From a virus (lineage: Duplodnaviria > Caudoviricetes), in the IMG/VR virus record IMGVR_UViG_3300023179_000108, positions 1-63,359 of that record: DNA of 63,359 bases; one strand, 5' to 3'. The notes beneath the pieces were generated by a model, which worked only from the letters and a program-made list of their open reading frames with translations, was not told where the DNA came from and did not search any database. The translations under genes and the position numbers were made by a program. Shown here piece by piece: positions 37,389 through 49,191 of the stretch (the stretch's first letter is position 1; every line of letters starts with the position of its first letter).

Positions 37389-39227
37389 ATGACTAACGAA
37401 GATAAAAATATATCATACTTAAATAAAAGTTTTCCTGATTTTAAGGCATCTTTGCAACAATATGCTAAAACATATTTTCCTACAATATATAATGATTTTT
37501 CAGAGGCAACTCCTGGAAACTTATTTATAGAAATGGCAGCATATGTTGGAGATGTAATGTCATTTTACTTAGATACACAAACACAAGAAAATTTTTTATT
37601 ATATGCTAAGGAAAAAGAAAACCTATATGCAATGTCCTATGTTATGGGTTATCGTCCTAAAGCATCATATGCTTCAAATACTACTGTTGATATATATCAA
37701 TTAGTTCCTTCTATTACTAGTGGTAGTATCACTACACCTGATTTTAATACTTATGGATTAATTATTCCTGTTAATACTATTATAACTTCAACTTCTACAG
37801 GTACTAAATTTTTAACTACACAGCAAGTAGATTTTACAAATACAGGAAGTGCAGAAATAACATTTGTAGATTCTAATTATTACTTATTTAAAAAATCAAT
37901 TCCTGCTATTTCAGCTGAAATAAAGTCAACTGTTGTTAATATACCCGCTAATCAAAAATTTGCTACTACTAATATTACTGACACTAATATTATTCAAATA
38001 TTAAACATAACATCAAGTGATGGTAATATATGGTATGAAGTACCATACTTAGCTCAATCAACAATATATCAAAAAATTGCTAATCCTAACTATAATACTG
38101 ATCAAGTACCTTATTTACTAAAGTTACAAAGAGTACCTCGTCGTTTTGTGTCTAGAATATTGTCTGACAACACATTACAATTAGAATTTGGGGCTGGCTT
38201 ATCTACTAATAAAACTGATTCTCAAATTATCCCAACTCCAGATAATATTCAATTAGGATTAGTACCTGGAATATCATTATTGACTAATAATTATAATGAA
38301 GCATCGGTATTTTTTACTCAAGAATATGGATTAGCCCCTGCTGGTAATTTAACTATAAAGTATTTAGTAGGAGGTGGAATAACATCCAATGTCCCTGCTA
38401 ATGATTTAACTATTATAGATACATCTGGCATTTATTTTAAAAATGGTAATCCAGGAGGTGGATTAGCTACTACTGTATTAAGTAGTGTAGTTTCAAATAA
38501 TCCAACTCCATCAGTAGGAGGAAGAAATGGTGATACTATTGATGAAATAAGACAAAATGCATTATATGCTTATTCAACACAGTTACGAGCTATAACTAAA
38601 GATGATTATATAACTAGAGCTTTAGCTATGCCTGCTGATTATGGTGTTATATCTAAAGTATATATATCACAAGATTTTAATAGAAATTCTCAACAAACTG
38701 TAGCTCTTACTCAACAAAATAACCCATTAGCTTTAGATTTATATGTTTTATCTTATAATAGTAGTAAACAAATCACAGTAGCTTCTACAACATTAAAACA
38801 AAATTTAATAACTTATCTTAATCAATATAGATCAATAACAGATGCTATTAATATTAGAGATGCTTATTATATTAATATAGGTGTTAATTTTGATATTACA
38901 ATTTTAAGTGGATATTCAAATAAAGAAATATTAACGTCTTGTATAACTATTTTACAAGATCATTTTAATATTGATAAATGGCAAATTAATCAACCTATAA
39001 TATTATCAGAAATAACATCTAAATTATTACAAGTAAGAGGAGTACAATCAGTAATTAAAATAGAAATTACAAATAAACAAGATAACACAGGAACTATCTA
39101 TTCACAATATGGTTATGATATAGCAGGTGCTACTAAAAATGGTAATGTTTACCCATCAATGGATCCTGCTATTTTTGAAGTAAGATACCCTAATACAGAT
39201 ATTCAAGGTAGAGTTGTTACTGTTTAA
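37389..39227 (+). CDS. baseplate wedge protein (T4 gp6/baseplate J-like)
   Basis: YNDFSEATPG..FIEMAAYVGDVMSFYLD, GGRNGDTIDEIRQNA, QLRAITKDDY. Confidence 0.88.
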   Translation: MTNEDKNISYLNKSFPDFKASLQQYAKTYFPTIYNDFSEATPGNLFIEMAAYVGDVMSFYLDTQTQENFLLYAKEKENLYAMSYVMGYRPKASYASNTTVDIYQLVPSITSGSITTPDFNTYGLIIPVNTIITSTSTGTKFLTTQQVDFTNTGSAEITFVDSNYYLFKKSIPAISAEIKSTVVNIPANQKFATTNITDTNIIQILNITSSDGNIWYEVPYLAQSTIYQKIANPNYNTDQVPYLLKLQRVPRRFVSRILSDNTLQLEFGAGLSTNKTDSQIIPTPDNIQLGLVPGISLLTNNYNEASVFFTQEYGLAPAGNLTIKYLVGGGITSNVPANDLTIIDTSGIYFKNGNPGGGLATTVLSSVVSNNPTPSVGGRNGDTIDEIRQNALYAYSTQLRAITKDDYITRALAMPADYGVISKVYISQDFNRNSQQTVALTQQNNPLALDLYVLSYNSSKQITVASTTLKQNLITYLNQYRSITDAINIRDAYYINIGVNFDITILSGYSNKEILTSCITILQDHFNIDKWQINQPIILSEITSKLLQVRGVQSVIKIEITNKQDNTGTIYSQYGYDIAGATKNGNVYPSMDPAIFEVRYPNTDIQGRVVTV

Positions 39228-39268
39228 AAATTATATGTTATTATATTTATGTATAGTAACTATTATAT

Positions 39269-40366
39269 ATGGCTATTTACAAAATATTTCCTGAAAAAAC
39301 TGCTACTTTATATTCTTATTATCCTAGCTTAAACACAGGATTAGATGAAATACTAGAAATTAGTACATATTATTCAATAACAGGTACTGGTGAAGTATCT
39401 CGTGCTTTACTTAAATTCCCATCAGATCAAATAACAGATATTATCACTAATAAAATATTAGGAAATACTTTTGATACTTATTTAAGATTATATTTAGCAA
39501 ATGCTTCTGAAATTCCTTTAAATTATACACTGTTTACTCATCCTCTTTCAGCAAATTGGAATCAAGGAACAGGAAGATTAGGAAATGTACCTCAAACTAC
39601 AAATGGAGTAAGTTGGGCTTATACTTTAGAATCAGGTAGTGGTGCTTGGATTATTAATCCTTTTACTAATGGTTCTACAGGCTCATATAGTGGAACTAAT
39701 TATGGTGGTGGAACATGGTTAACAAGCTCATTATATCAATCAACTCAATCTTTTACTAATATATCTTCTAAAGATATAGAAATAAAAACTACAAATACTG
39801 TAAAAGCATGGTATAGTAGTTCTATTTCTAATTATGGATTTATACTAAAACATTCTTCTTCTTTAGAATTTACTACAGCTTCTAAATTTGAACTAAAATA
39901 TTTCTCAGCTGAAACACATACTATTTATCCTCCATGTTTAGAATTTAGGTGGGATGATTCAGTATATTCTACAGGATCATTAACAGTAGTTACATCAAGT
40001 TATTTTAATTTAGTATTAAACAATAATAAAGGAGAATATCAACAAGGATCAGTACAACGTTTTAGAGTTAAAGTTAGAGATTTATATCCTTCTGTAGCGT
40101 TTAGATCAACATTAAGTTTTGCTAATTCAAAAGCATTACCTACTTCTTCATATTGGTCAATAAAAGATTTGGATACTGAAGAAATTGTCGTAGATTATGA
40201 CACATCATATACTAAATTAAGTTGTGACAGTGGAGGTAATTATTTTGATGTTTATATGAATGGGTTAGAGCCTGAACGTTACTATAAAATACTTATAAAA
40301 ACTATTTTATCTGATAATGAAGTAGTAATATCAGACAATAATTATATATTTAAAGTTATAAGATAA
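39269..40366 (+). CDS. tail/baseplate structural protein
   Basis: Beta-rich; SRALLKF, NYGFILK, YPPCLEFRWDD; module context. Confidence 0.65.
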   Translation: MAIYKIFPEKTATLYSYYPSLNTGLDEILEISTYYSITGTGEVSRALLKFPSDQITDIITNKILGNTFDTYLRLYLANASEIPLNYTLFTHPLSANWNQGTGRLGNVPQTTNGVSWAYTLESGSGAWIINPFTNGSTGSYSGTNYGGGTWLTSSLYQSTQSFTNISSKDIEIKTTNTVKAWYSSSISNYGFILKHSSSLEFTTASKFELKYFSAETHTIYPPCLEFRWDDSVYSTGSLTVVTSSYFNLVLNNNKGEYQQGSVQRFRVKVRDLYPSVAFRSTLSFANSKALPTSSYWSIKDLDTEEIVVDYDTSYTKLSCDSGGNYFDVYMNGLEPERYYKILIKTILSDNEVVISDNNYIFKVIR

Positions 40367-40710
40367 TGTCTCAAATACCAGTACAAAAAACTGTATTTAA
40401 TAAAAGTACATATACTAGAGTAATTGATACTCAATTTAGTCAATTATTACTTCAAGGAGAAGAAGAAGAAACTCCCTCATTTACTATTGATGATTTTTTT
40501 GAATTATACGATCAATTATTTTATCAAATACCAAGAGAAGGAGAAACTAATTCACATCAATATATTTTACAACGTGAAGCTGATTATTTAGGAGTTAATA
40601 TTAATCAAGACGATGTTCAAGCTTTATTAGATGAAATTACAGCTTTAAGACAACAAGTACTTGATTCACAAACAATCATAAATGATTTATCTAGAACAAC
40701 AAGATTATAA
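40366..40710 (+). CDS. structural protein
   Basis: Module context. Confidence 0.6.
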   Translation: MSQIPVQKTVFNKSTYTRVIDTQFSQLLLQGEEEETPSFTIDDFFELYDQLFYQIPREGETNSHQYILQREADYLGVNINQDDVQALLDEITALRQQVLDSQTIINDLSRTTRL

Positions 40711-43700
40711 TGGCGGATAATATTAAAATAGTAGGTGAAATTTTAGAAACACAACAGATATCTCGTTATTCTGATGAAGATCTTAATTTACTTTTTCCTG
40801 AATTATTAAAAGAAAATTTTGGTCAACAAAATGACTATATTGAATATTTTGTATATGATGCTGGAAATAATCTTTTAAATACTAATTATTTATATAAAGA
40901 TTTTAAACTTCCATCAACATCATATATAAATCCAGCTAGTGGTTCTTTACCTATAATTGAAATTGATCCTGTAAAAGATCTTCAAAATTTAGGATACTCA
41001 TCAGGAGAATTTATAGTACAATATAATTTTTTTAATAATAAAGTTTCTAATGCTCAAGAAACAGGATTATTTATTAAAGAAATATCAGCAGATAGAACAG
41101 AATTAAGAGTAGGATCTACTGTTTTAACTAATAAACAAATTGAGGATGTAACCTTAAATATTATAAATGAATATACAGGCTCATCTTATTTTATTGATTA
41201 TTTAGCTAATTTTGGAACTAATCAACAAGTAATAATAGTAAATGTTGCTTTAAATAAAATTGAATCTGGCTATGAAATTTTTCTTAAATTATACCAACCA
41301 TTAGATATTACTATTCAAGAAAAAGCAACGTTGTGGATTGTCAAAGAAAAAGTTAATCCTTATTCTTTTAATATTAATCTTGATAAATTAATAATACCAG
41401 CTCCGGGTCCTCAATTAAGAGGTCCTAATTTTAATATACCAATTCCTAATCAAAATAATGTTTCTACTGCTTATCAAAATTATAATAATTTAATTACAAA
41501 TACTAGTGCTTCATATCAACAGCTTTTAAGTTTAATAACTTCACAAAGTATTGATATAAACATAGATTATAGTAATTTTGCTAATTTTTCTTTCTTTGGT
41601 TCTGCTGAACAGCGTGTACTAAATTTTTACAATAAAGTAAAAGAAATTGAAGATTATAAAACTAATATAGCCGCATATACAGCGTTAACTTCTAGTAGAC
41701 CTAATTTAAAAAATGATTTAAATTTAGCTACAGCTAGTATTAATAATATAATAGCTAACTTTGATGGGTTTGAATATTATTTATATTTTGAAAGTGGATC
41801 TTTAACATCTTCTGTTGATTATGGTGTAACTCCATATCCTAAATCTGGTTCTAATTTACCTTATACTTTATATCCTACCGGATCAGCATCAACTTCAATT
41901 TGGTTAAGTTATACCACAGACAATGCTGCTGAATGGGATGAATATAATCAAAATTATATAGTTAATACATTACCTGCTTTTTTAAAAGATGACACTAATA
42001 ATGATTCCTATATTACTTTCCTTAATATGGTAGGCCATTATTTTGATAATATATGGATATTTTTACAATCAGTTACTGATATTAATTTAGCAAATAATAA
42101 TTTAGAGCAAGGTGTTTCTAAAGACTTAGTATATTATGTTTTACAATCTTTAGGAGTTAAATTATATAATAAGTATGGTGATAGTAATGATTTTAAATTT
42201 TTAATAGGTAATAACACAGGTAGTAGTACTTTTGATAATAACTTCACCCCTACAGGTTCTTATTTAAATAATATTCCACGCAAAGATTTACTTGCAGAAT
42301 CATATAAACGAATTTATCATAATTTACCTTTACTTTTAAAAACTAAAGGTACAGCTTATGGATTACAAACCTTAATATCTACTTTTGGTATTCCTAATTT
42401 ACCATACTCAACTAGCTATGATACTAATGGAAGTGCTTCTTATTTTTATGTTACATCATCTACAGGATCTGGTATTACAAGTAGTATATTAAGTATAAAA
42501 GAATATGGTGGTGATTTAAAAACAAGTATGCTAGATGAGTATAATAATGATAAAATACGAATTGTTTCTAGTTCTATAGTAACAGGTAGTGTATTATCTC
42601 CTTATATTAGCGTACAAACAATAAGTTCATCTTTATTTAGAACAAATGATTTACATTATGTAGACATTTCATTTTCGCCTGAAACACAAATTGATGCTTA
42701 TGCTTCTGCTTCTATAGCAGCTGCTAATCCAACATGGAAATTAGATGATTATATAGGAGATCCTGGTTATTTATATAGTAGTTCATACTCTGATTTAAAT
42801 ATTCAAAAAAATACCTATTATAATTTCACAGCATCATATATGGATTATACTGGATTTATTCGCTTAATTCAGTTTTTTGATAATGCTTTATTTAAAATGT
42901 TAAAAGATTTTGTTCCTGCAAGAGCAAATCTTTCAACAGGTATTACTATTAGTTCTCCAGTACTAGAAAGAAATAAATGGTCTTATGCTAATCCATCAGA
43001 TACTTCTAAAGTAGATTCTAAAGATGGAACAATAGAAGGACCTACTATAGAAAGTGAATATACTAACTTATATACAGGATTATCTGGAGATAAGATAGCC
43101 TATTATGACGGTAATATTACAGGTAGTAATATTAATGTATATTCTTATTTTGTAAGTGGAAATTTAAATCCTTATTTATATAATTTTACTAATTGGAATA
43201 ATGGGCATCCAAGTGAAAGTATAGATTTATATAAGTTTGGTTTTTCTGATTTTAACATATTATTTAATAATGTATCTCAAAGTAGAGAATCATTAATTCG
43301 TAAAAAAATAGAACCTATTTATGTAATGAATAGTCCTTTAAGTTTATCAGGATATTCATCTAGTTATTATGCTGAGTTACAAGATTCATATTTAAGTTTA
43401 AAATCACATCAAACATCTCGTTATGAAGGTGTTAAATTAACTAGCTTAAAATACAACACATATACTAGTGCGTCATATACAGGTTCAAATGGAATAACTG
43501 TTCAAAATGGAGATATATCTTTTGGTAAAACTGCTGTTATAGATAAAAATGTTAAAAAAATAGGATTATTTACTGAAATAAAAGAAAATATATATTTACC
43601 AAAACGTAATAATGTTATATTAAAATATCTTGTAGATGGAGAAGGTGGATTAACAGAACTTAATGAACGTAATAAAAATTGGCATGAATTACAAAGAACA

Positions 43701-45278
43701 TTTATAGCAGGAGATACATTAGATGTTTCATTATTCAATGTTCAAAATAATCAAAAAACAACAAACGGTACTAAACTTATCTTTGACAGTGGATATGCTT
43801 ATTATCCAATACTTTATTTTAGTTCTTGCGATAAAGATCCAAAAATATATTTTGAAAGTACAGATGAATTAAAAGCTTATTCTTTACAAGCTATAAATGG
43901 TCTTTCACCTAAAACAATAAATGGGTATGATACTAATAAATATCCTATAACAAACGGAAAGGTATATAATATATTTGATACTGTAATAGAAGGATCTAGT
44001 TATTATACTATAGGTTCTATTTCAAATCAACTATTTCCTTCATACTCAGTTCAAGAATCAGGAAACCATAAAGCTAATGGTAATTTTACATTAGATGTAA
44101 GTACAACTAATAATGGTCAAACACAAATGGTTTGGAGTTTTTCTATTTACAAAAATGAAACTGAATTATTCAAACAAATAGCTAATCTTAATTTATCAAC
44201 AACATTTAATCCTGTTGAACAATCTCCATACTATACAAGATTTCCTTGTAGAGAAACTACATCAAATTTAAATATACCTGGAACTTTATTAGGCACATTA
44301 ACATTTGCTATTGCCGGTACTAATTTTAACATTGGAGATAATATATATTCTTACAATCTTTATAAATTTAAAACAGATTGTAATGTTTCTGGCTACTCAA
44401 CTTTTTATTCAAAAGCTTCATCTATTTCATTATATCCTTTCCCAGAATGTAATGATCAATGCGAAACAGGATATGCTAATATTTGGGGAGGTACTACAGG
44501 AGAATCATCATATATACTATACGATATACCTAATTTTACTTTAAATCCAAGTGGTAGAGCATCTTACAATTTTAGTATAGATCTTCCTAATATTTCTGGA
44601 GTAACAAAAAATGATTATATTATTCCTAAACTAGTATTAGAATCAACATCAACTACTAATTATACAGCTTCTATAACTGAAGGAAGTTTTACAGTAAGTT
44701 CGCTAGCAACTCAAATAGGATATGCTAATGCTTCTTGTCCTTATTTTAGCTCACCTTCAATATCAGCCTCTGTAGCAGCTAATGATAGAAGTACAATAAC
44801 TTTTAGTAGTGAATTAAGTAATTTTCATGATAAAAATTATACTTTTATTCCTAATCCTATTTATACAGGATCTCTTGGAATTTTAGCACCAAATAGTTTA
44901 TATCCTACTTATAAAGATGTTGATTATCCTTTTGCTATTAAACCTTTTGATATTATATTGACATATCTTTCTGATGGATCTTATGTTGAATCGCGAGTGT
45001 TAAAAGTTAGTACATCAAGTAGTCTTTTACAGGTAACATTAGATACTCTTATGTCTACTACTCAAATCTCTAATTTTCAATCAGGTTCATACCAAAGATT
45101 TTTAATATTAAGTAGAAAAGAAGATGAAACAAATGCTTATGTGACATTTAAAAAACGTGAAGGAGATACATCATATGGATTTGTTATTCCTTCTAATATA
45201 TCTCCTGATTTTCTTAATAATATAGATACTATAACTCGTGAGGTAAAACAAAGATTAATTAATGAACAATTATTATAA
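40710..45278 (+). CDS. large baseplate/tail protein (1522 aa)
   Basis: FLNMVGHYFDNIW, YKRIYHNLPLLLKTKGT; S/T/G-rich; module context. Confidence 0.75.
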   Translation: MADNIKIVGEILETQQISRYSDEDLNLLFPELLKENFGQQNDYIEYFVYDAGNNLLNTNYLYKDFKLPSTSYINPASGSLPIIEIDPVKDLQNLGYSSGEFIVQYNFFNNKVSNAQETGLFIKEISADRTELRVGSTVLTNKQIEDVTLNIINEYTGSSYFIDYLANFGTNQQVIIVNVALNKIESGYEIFLKLYQPLDITIQEKATLWIVKEKVNPYSFNINLDKLIIPAPGPQLRGPNFNIPIPNQNNVSTAYQNYNNLITNTSASYQQLLSLITSQSIDINIDYSNFANFSFFGSAEQRVLNFYNKVKEIEDYKTNIAAYTALTSSRPNLKNDLNLATASINNIIANFDGFEYYLYFESGSLTSSVDYGVTPYPKSGSNLPYTLYPTGSASTSIWLSYTTDNAAEWDEYNQNYIVNTLPAFLKDDTNNDSYITFLNMVGHYFDNIWIFLQSVTDINLANNNLEQGVSKDLVYYVLQSLGVKLYNKYGDSNDFKFLIGNNTGSSTFDNNFTPTGSYLNNIPRKDLLAESYKRIYHNLPLLLKTKGTAYGLQTLISTFGIPNLPYSTSYDTNGSASYFYVTSSTGSGITSSILSIKEYGGDLKTSMLDEYNNDKIRIVSSSIVTGSVLSPYISVQTISSSLFRTNDLHYVDISFSPETQIDAYASASIAAANPTWKLDDYIGDPGYLYSSSYSDLNIQKNTYYNFTASYMDYTGFIRLIQFFDNALFKMLKDFVPARANLSTGITISSPVLERNKWSYANPSDTSKVDSKDGTIEGPTIESEYTNLYTGLSGDKIAYYDGNITGSNINVYSYFVSGNLNPYLYNFTNWNNGHPSESIDLYKFGFSDFNILFNNVSQSRESLIRKKIEPIYVMNSPLSLSGYSSSYYAELQDSYLSLKSHQTSRYEGVKLTSLKYNTYTSASYTGSNGITVQNGDISFGKTAVIDKNVKKIGLFTEIKENIYLPKRNNVILKYLVDGEGGLTELNERNKNWHELQRTFIAGDTLDVSLFNVQNNQKTTNGTKLIFDSGYAYYPILYFSSCDKDPKIYFESTDELKAYSLQAINGLSPKTINGYDTNKYPITNGKVYNIFDTVIEGSSYYTIGSISNQLFPSYSVQESGNHKANGNFTLDVSTTNNGQTQMVWSFSIYKNETELFKQIANLNLSTTFNPVEQSPYYTRFPCRETTSNLNIPGTLLGTLTFAIAGTNFNIGDNIYSYNLYKFKTDCNVSGYSTFYSKASSISLYPFPECNDQCETGYANIWGGTTGESSYILYDIPNFTLNPSGRASYNFSIDLPNISGVTKNDYIIPKLVLESTSTTNYTASITEGSFTVSSLATQIGYANASCPYFSSPSISASVAANDRSTITFSSELSNFHDKNYTFIPNPIYTGSLGILAPNSLYPTYKDVDYPFAIKPFDIILTYLSDGSYVESRVLKVSTSSSLLQVTLDTLMSTTQISNFQSGSYQRFLILSRKEDETNAYVTFKKREGDTSYGFVIPSNISPDFLNNIDTITREVKQRLINEQLL

Positions 45279-45322
45279 GTTTTAAAATTAATATATTTAT
45301 AATAGATACAATATAAAAAACT

Positions 45323-45985
45323 ATGGCAATTTTAAATCCTGCAACAGTTACTGTAGATGCAATATTAACAATAAAAGGTCGTGAGTTATTGGCTCGCAAT
45401 GACGGTTCTTTTCAAATTACTCAATTTGCTTTAGCTGATGATGAAATTGACTATACTTTATATAACCCAACTCATCCATCAGGTTCAGCATTTTATGGAC
45501 AAGCTATTGAAAATACTCCAGTATTAGAAGCTATTCCTGATGAATCTCAAGTAATGAGATATAAATTAGTAACTTTACCTCGTGGTACTTCTAAGTTACC
45601 TGTTATTAATCTTGGTTATACTACAATCTCATTACGTCAAGGTGCTTCATTAACTATTACACCTCAAACACTTAATTATCTTGGATCTACAAGTACGTTT
45701 GAAGCTAATGGATACACAGCTACAATTGCTGATTCTCGCTTAGTATCTACATTCACTGGTACTGGTATTACTACAACAACTCCTATCCAAGATTTAAATA
45801 CAACTACAGGAACTGTATTATCTGTAACTCAAGTAGGTACTTCATTCACTCTAACTGGTACTACAATTAATACATTATTTGGTACTAGTTTAACTCAATT
45901 ATCTACTACTATTACTGTTATTGGTAGAGATAGTGGTGCTAGAGTAACTATTCCTCTTAATATTATAAAAGTATCAACAACTTAA
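45323..45985 (+). CDS. virion structural protein
   Basis: VDAILTIKGRELLA, ITQFALADDEIDY; Thr-rich. Confidence 0.7.
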   Translation: MAILNPATVTVDAILTIKGRELLARNDGSFQITQFALADDEIDYTLYNPTHPSGSAFYGQAIENTPVLEAIPDESQVMRYKLVTLPRGTSKLPVINLGYTTISLRQGASLTITPQTLNYLGSTSTFEANGYTATIADSRLVSTFTGTGITTTTPIQDLNTTTGTVLSVTQVGTSFTLTGTTINTLFGTSLTQLSTTITVIGRDSGARVTIPLNIIKVSTT

Positions 45986-45997
45986 TTTAAATAAAAT

Positions 45998-46987
45998 ATG
46001 TCATTTTCAAGATACAACCCAGAAGATTCTGTAATTAGTGCTGAATCCGTTGTACGCGGCGCTTGGAGCTCAGACAGTAATCAGTTATCTACTTTCCAAA
46101 CTGCCAGCTCATATACTGAATATTATTTAGATGTATATAATGGAGATCCAGCTTCAGCTGCTTCATCAGTACAATTTAGTATTCAATATGGTAATTTACA
46201 AGGCTCCGGATCGGCTTTAATTAATAATAATGTTCCTGGTCTTACTCCATCTCGTGTTGTTTATGGTCAATATAGAAATTTAGTTTATGGTACTGAAACA
46301 ACAAACTTTAGCTTTGATAATGGTACTACAATAGCAAACGATATATTTGTAATTAATATAGCTCGTTCTCGTTATAAAGAATCATTATATCCTGGTTCTT
46401 TTAATTTAACATTAGGTAGTGGAAGTAATGGTTTTATTAGATTAACTGATGATAGTGGTACTACAAGTTTAACTCGATATATTGGAGAAAATAGAGTATT
46501 TTATATTATTAGTGGAAGTAATGGTAACGCTTATACAGCAGCCGCTTCTGCTTCATATTATGGAATGATGTTTCCTGATTTAGATATTATAATACTAAAT
46601 GCTTCTTCTTCAGCGACTGTTAATTTAAAAAATTATTTTACCCCATTAACCACTACTACTTCTTCTGCTCAAAATAATCACATTAAGTTATATAATTCAA
46701 TAGTTAGTGGATCTTCATTTCAATTAAAATCAGAAGAAACAGTATCATCACGTTATTTCTTTACTAGAATTAAAAATAGTGAATTTAATTATACTACTAA
46801 TCCATCTATTATAGATAATAATGGTAATTTATTATATTCAACATTAATCAATAATCCACAAACATACATTACATCTGTAGGTATGTATAATGATAATAAT
46901 GAATTACTTGCTGTGGCTAAGTTAAGTAAGCCATTAACAAAAGATTTCACAAAAGAAGCTTTGATTAGAATCAAATTAGATTATTAA
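45998..46987 (+). CDS. tail/baseplate protein with C-terminal YITSVGMYNDNNELLAVAKL domain
   Basis: C-terminal domain paralogous to 48886..49191. Confidence 0.7.
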   Translation: MSFSRYNPEDSVISAESVVRGAWSSDSNQLSTFQTASSYTEYYLDVYNGDPASAASSVQFSIQYGNLQGSGSALINNNVPGLTPSRVVYGQYRNLVYGTETTNFSFDNGTTIANDIFVINIARSRYKESLYPGSFNLTLGSGSNGFIRLTDDSGTTSLTRYIGENRVFYIISGSNGNAYTAAASASYYGMMFPDLDIIILNASSSATVNLKNYFTPLTTTTSSAQNNHIKLYNSIVSGSSFQLKSEETVSSRYFFTRIKNSEFNYTTNPSIIDNNGNLLYSTLINNPQTYITSVGMYNDNNELLAVAKLSKPLTKDFTKEALIRIKLDY

Positions 46988-46990
46988 TGC

Positions 46991-48874
46991 ATGTCTTCAT
47001 TCAAAAAACTAAGCAGATCAGACGTTACGTATGTTCCATATGTAGCTAATAAGCAATGGAATATTTCTACAAATGGTTATCCTACCTCTTCAATTGTAAT
47101 ATATAAAGGAACTAATACAAGTAGTTTCTATCCTGCTATTACTGAAGATGCATATGAATATGCTGTTTACGCTGAAATAAATCAATTATTTTATCAAACA
47201 TATACGGCTTCATTAGACACATCTTCACTAATGAACTCATTATATTATGAGTCTGCTTCATCTCAACGTCCCACATCATCATACTTTATATTTAATGATA
47301 AAGCAGAGTTAATTAGAAATTATCCTACTGGAGCCGGAGCTGGAGTTAGAGTACTAGCCGTAAATCAAAATGTTTTTGGTGAAAAAGTATTACCAAATAC
47401 TTTTATTTTATCATCGTCTGCTTACTATGTAACAGATGATGGATACGGCAATTTATATGATGGATCTACTCATATCGGAAATATATTTTATGCTCATGGA
47501 TTAGCTATTATAACTAACCAAGATTATCAAGGAATGTTTCCTTTACCTCCATTAGCGTTTGATGATAGTGCTACTTTCTTAACAACAGATTCTCCTAAAT
47601 CTATATCTGTAGCTACAAATGATAGTGGAAGAAGTGGTACTTTAATAAATAATTCATTAACATTATCTGGCAGTACAGAACAATTATCTTATTGGAGTAC
47701 AGGAAGTGGAAACACAGTTGAATTAACTACAACATCAGAAGGAGTATATGAAATATATTATACTATAGGAGCTCAAGTTGCAGGCTCATATATATTAAGA
47801 AGTAATAAAGCTAAAGTTACTGCTATTGTGAACCCTGTACCAACAGCTACACCAACCCCAACACCTACACCGACACCAACACCAACACCAACTCCTACAC
47901 CGACACCGACACCGACACCAACTGCTACTCCAACACCAACGCCGACACCAACACCAACACCGACACCAACACCTACACCGGGACCTGTTACTATATATTA
48001 TAACTTCATAACTAATCCAAGCGGTGGTTATTATGTACCTGCTGTTTCTACTAGCTTATTAATAACAGATAATGGTTCAACTGCTATTAATATTTCTAGC
48101 TCTGCTACTAGTAACTTTGGTTCTCTTGGAAGTAGATCAATAAATGTTACTTTACAATCAACAATAGGTGAGTATACCTTCTTAAAGATAGATAACGTAA
48201 CAACAGCTACTAATATATTTAATACAGTAACTTACGCCCAAGCTACTAGAAACTATAGCTTTACAACAACTAATGGAAATAACTATGCTATAACAGCATC
48301 AGCATATAACTCTCTTGTAACACCAACACCAACAGCTACGCCAACACCAACACCAACTCCAACGCCGTCGCCTACACCAACGCCGGCACCACCAACACCA
48401 ACACCAACACCAACTCCTACACCAACTCCTACACCAACACCAGGACCAAATGAGATAATGTTTATATTTGAAATATCATCTTCGTTGAATGCTAAGATTG
48501 ATCCAACATATATTGATGGTGGTTCGTTAAATACTTCAACATACCAAGCAGGAACTACATTTGCTGTACCTGCTCCAAATACAATTGTAACTGCGGGTGG
48601 TGGAGAAAAAGCAGTATATGTTGATACAACTAATCCTTCATTTGCTTTCCCAGGTAATACTTTCTACTCAGCAGTAGGATTACTTAACCCAGCTTCTGGA
48701 GCTACTATTAGCCAAACTATAACTTATGATATAATTTATAATGGTAGCACAGTAGGTACAGTTAATATGGTTCCAACAAGATTAGTTGGAAATATATTCC
48801 AAATGCCTAATAATATAATAGCATTACCATTTACAGTAGCTAATGGGGATATAATTAAATTCTACTATCATTAA
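46991..48874 (+). CDS. tail appendage/adhesin-like protein with two Pro-Thr linkers
   Basis: Beta-rich domains separated by (PT)n tracts. Confidence 0.7.
   Translation: MSSFKKLSRSDVTYVPYVANKQWNISTNGYPTSSIVIYKGTNTSSFYPAITEDAYEYAVYAEINQLFYQTYTASLDTSSLMNSLYYESASSQRPTSSYFIFNDKAELIRNYPTGAGAGVRVLAVNQNVFGEKVLPNTFILSSSAYYVTDDGYGNLYDGSTHIGNIFYAHGLAIITNQDYQGMFPLPPLAFDDSATFLTTDSPKSISVATNDSGRSGTLINNSLTLSGSTEQLSYWSTGSGNTVELTTTSEGVYEIYYTIGAQVAGSYILRSNKAKVTAIVNPVPTATPTPTPTPTPTPTPTPTPTPTPTPTATPTPTPTPTPTPTPTPTPGPVTIYYNFITNPSGGYYVPAVSTSLLITDNGSTAINISSSATSNFGSLGSRSINVTLQSTIGEYTFLKIDNVTTATNIFNTVTYAQATRNYSFTTTNGNNYAITASAYNSLVTPTPTATPTPTPTPTPSPTPTPAPPTPTPTPTPTPTPTPTPGPNEIMFIFEISSSLNAKIDPTYIDGGSLNTSTYQAGTTFAVPAPNTIVTAGGGEKAVYVDTTNPSFAFPGNTFYSAVGLLNPASGATISQTITYDIIYNGSTVGTVNMVPTRLVGNIFQMPNNIIALPFTVANGDIIKFYYH
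47840..48441 (+). repeat. two (Pro-Thr)n coding tandem repeats (about 47840-47980 and 48320-48441)
   Basis: CCAACA/CCGACA/CCTACA hexamers with synonymous variation. Confidence 0.95.
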
Positions 48875-48885
48875 ACTAAAAAATA

Positions 48886-49191
48886 ATGCCAGTAACACAT
48901 ACAGGACCATTTACAGTATCATTTAAAAACTCACATACTATTAATGAGTTCGAGGTTCGTTGCTTAGTTGAGGAAAGTGATTTTAATTTATCTTATAATC
49001 CAACTTTAGTAACTAATTATGCCAGCGGTTCTGTAAAAGACTTTGCTACTGGTTCTAGTTTTTATACTTATGCTACATCATTAGGTTTATATAATGATAA
49101 TAATGAATTAATGGCTGTAGCTAAATTTGGTAAACCTATGCTTATATCACCAGACACAGATATGACTTTTGTTGTAAAATATGACACATAA
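48886..49191 (+). CDS. small structural protein, paralogue of the C-terminus of 45998..46987
   Basis: FNLSYNPT...YATSLGLYNDNNELMAVAKFGKP. Confidence 0.75.
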   Translation: MPVTHTGPFTVSFKNSHTINEFEVRCLVEESDFNLSYNPTLVTNYASGSVKDFATGSSFYTYATSLGLYNDNNELMAVAKFGKPMLISPDTDMTFVVKYDT

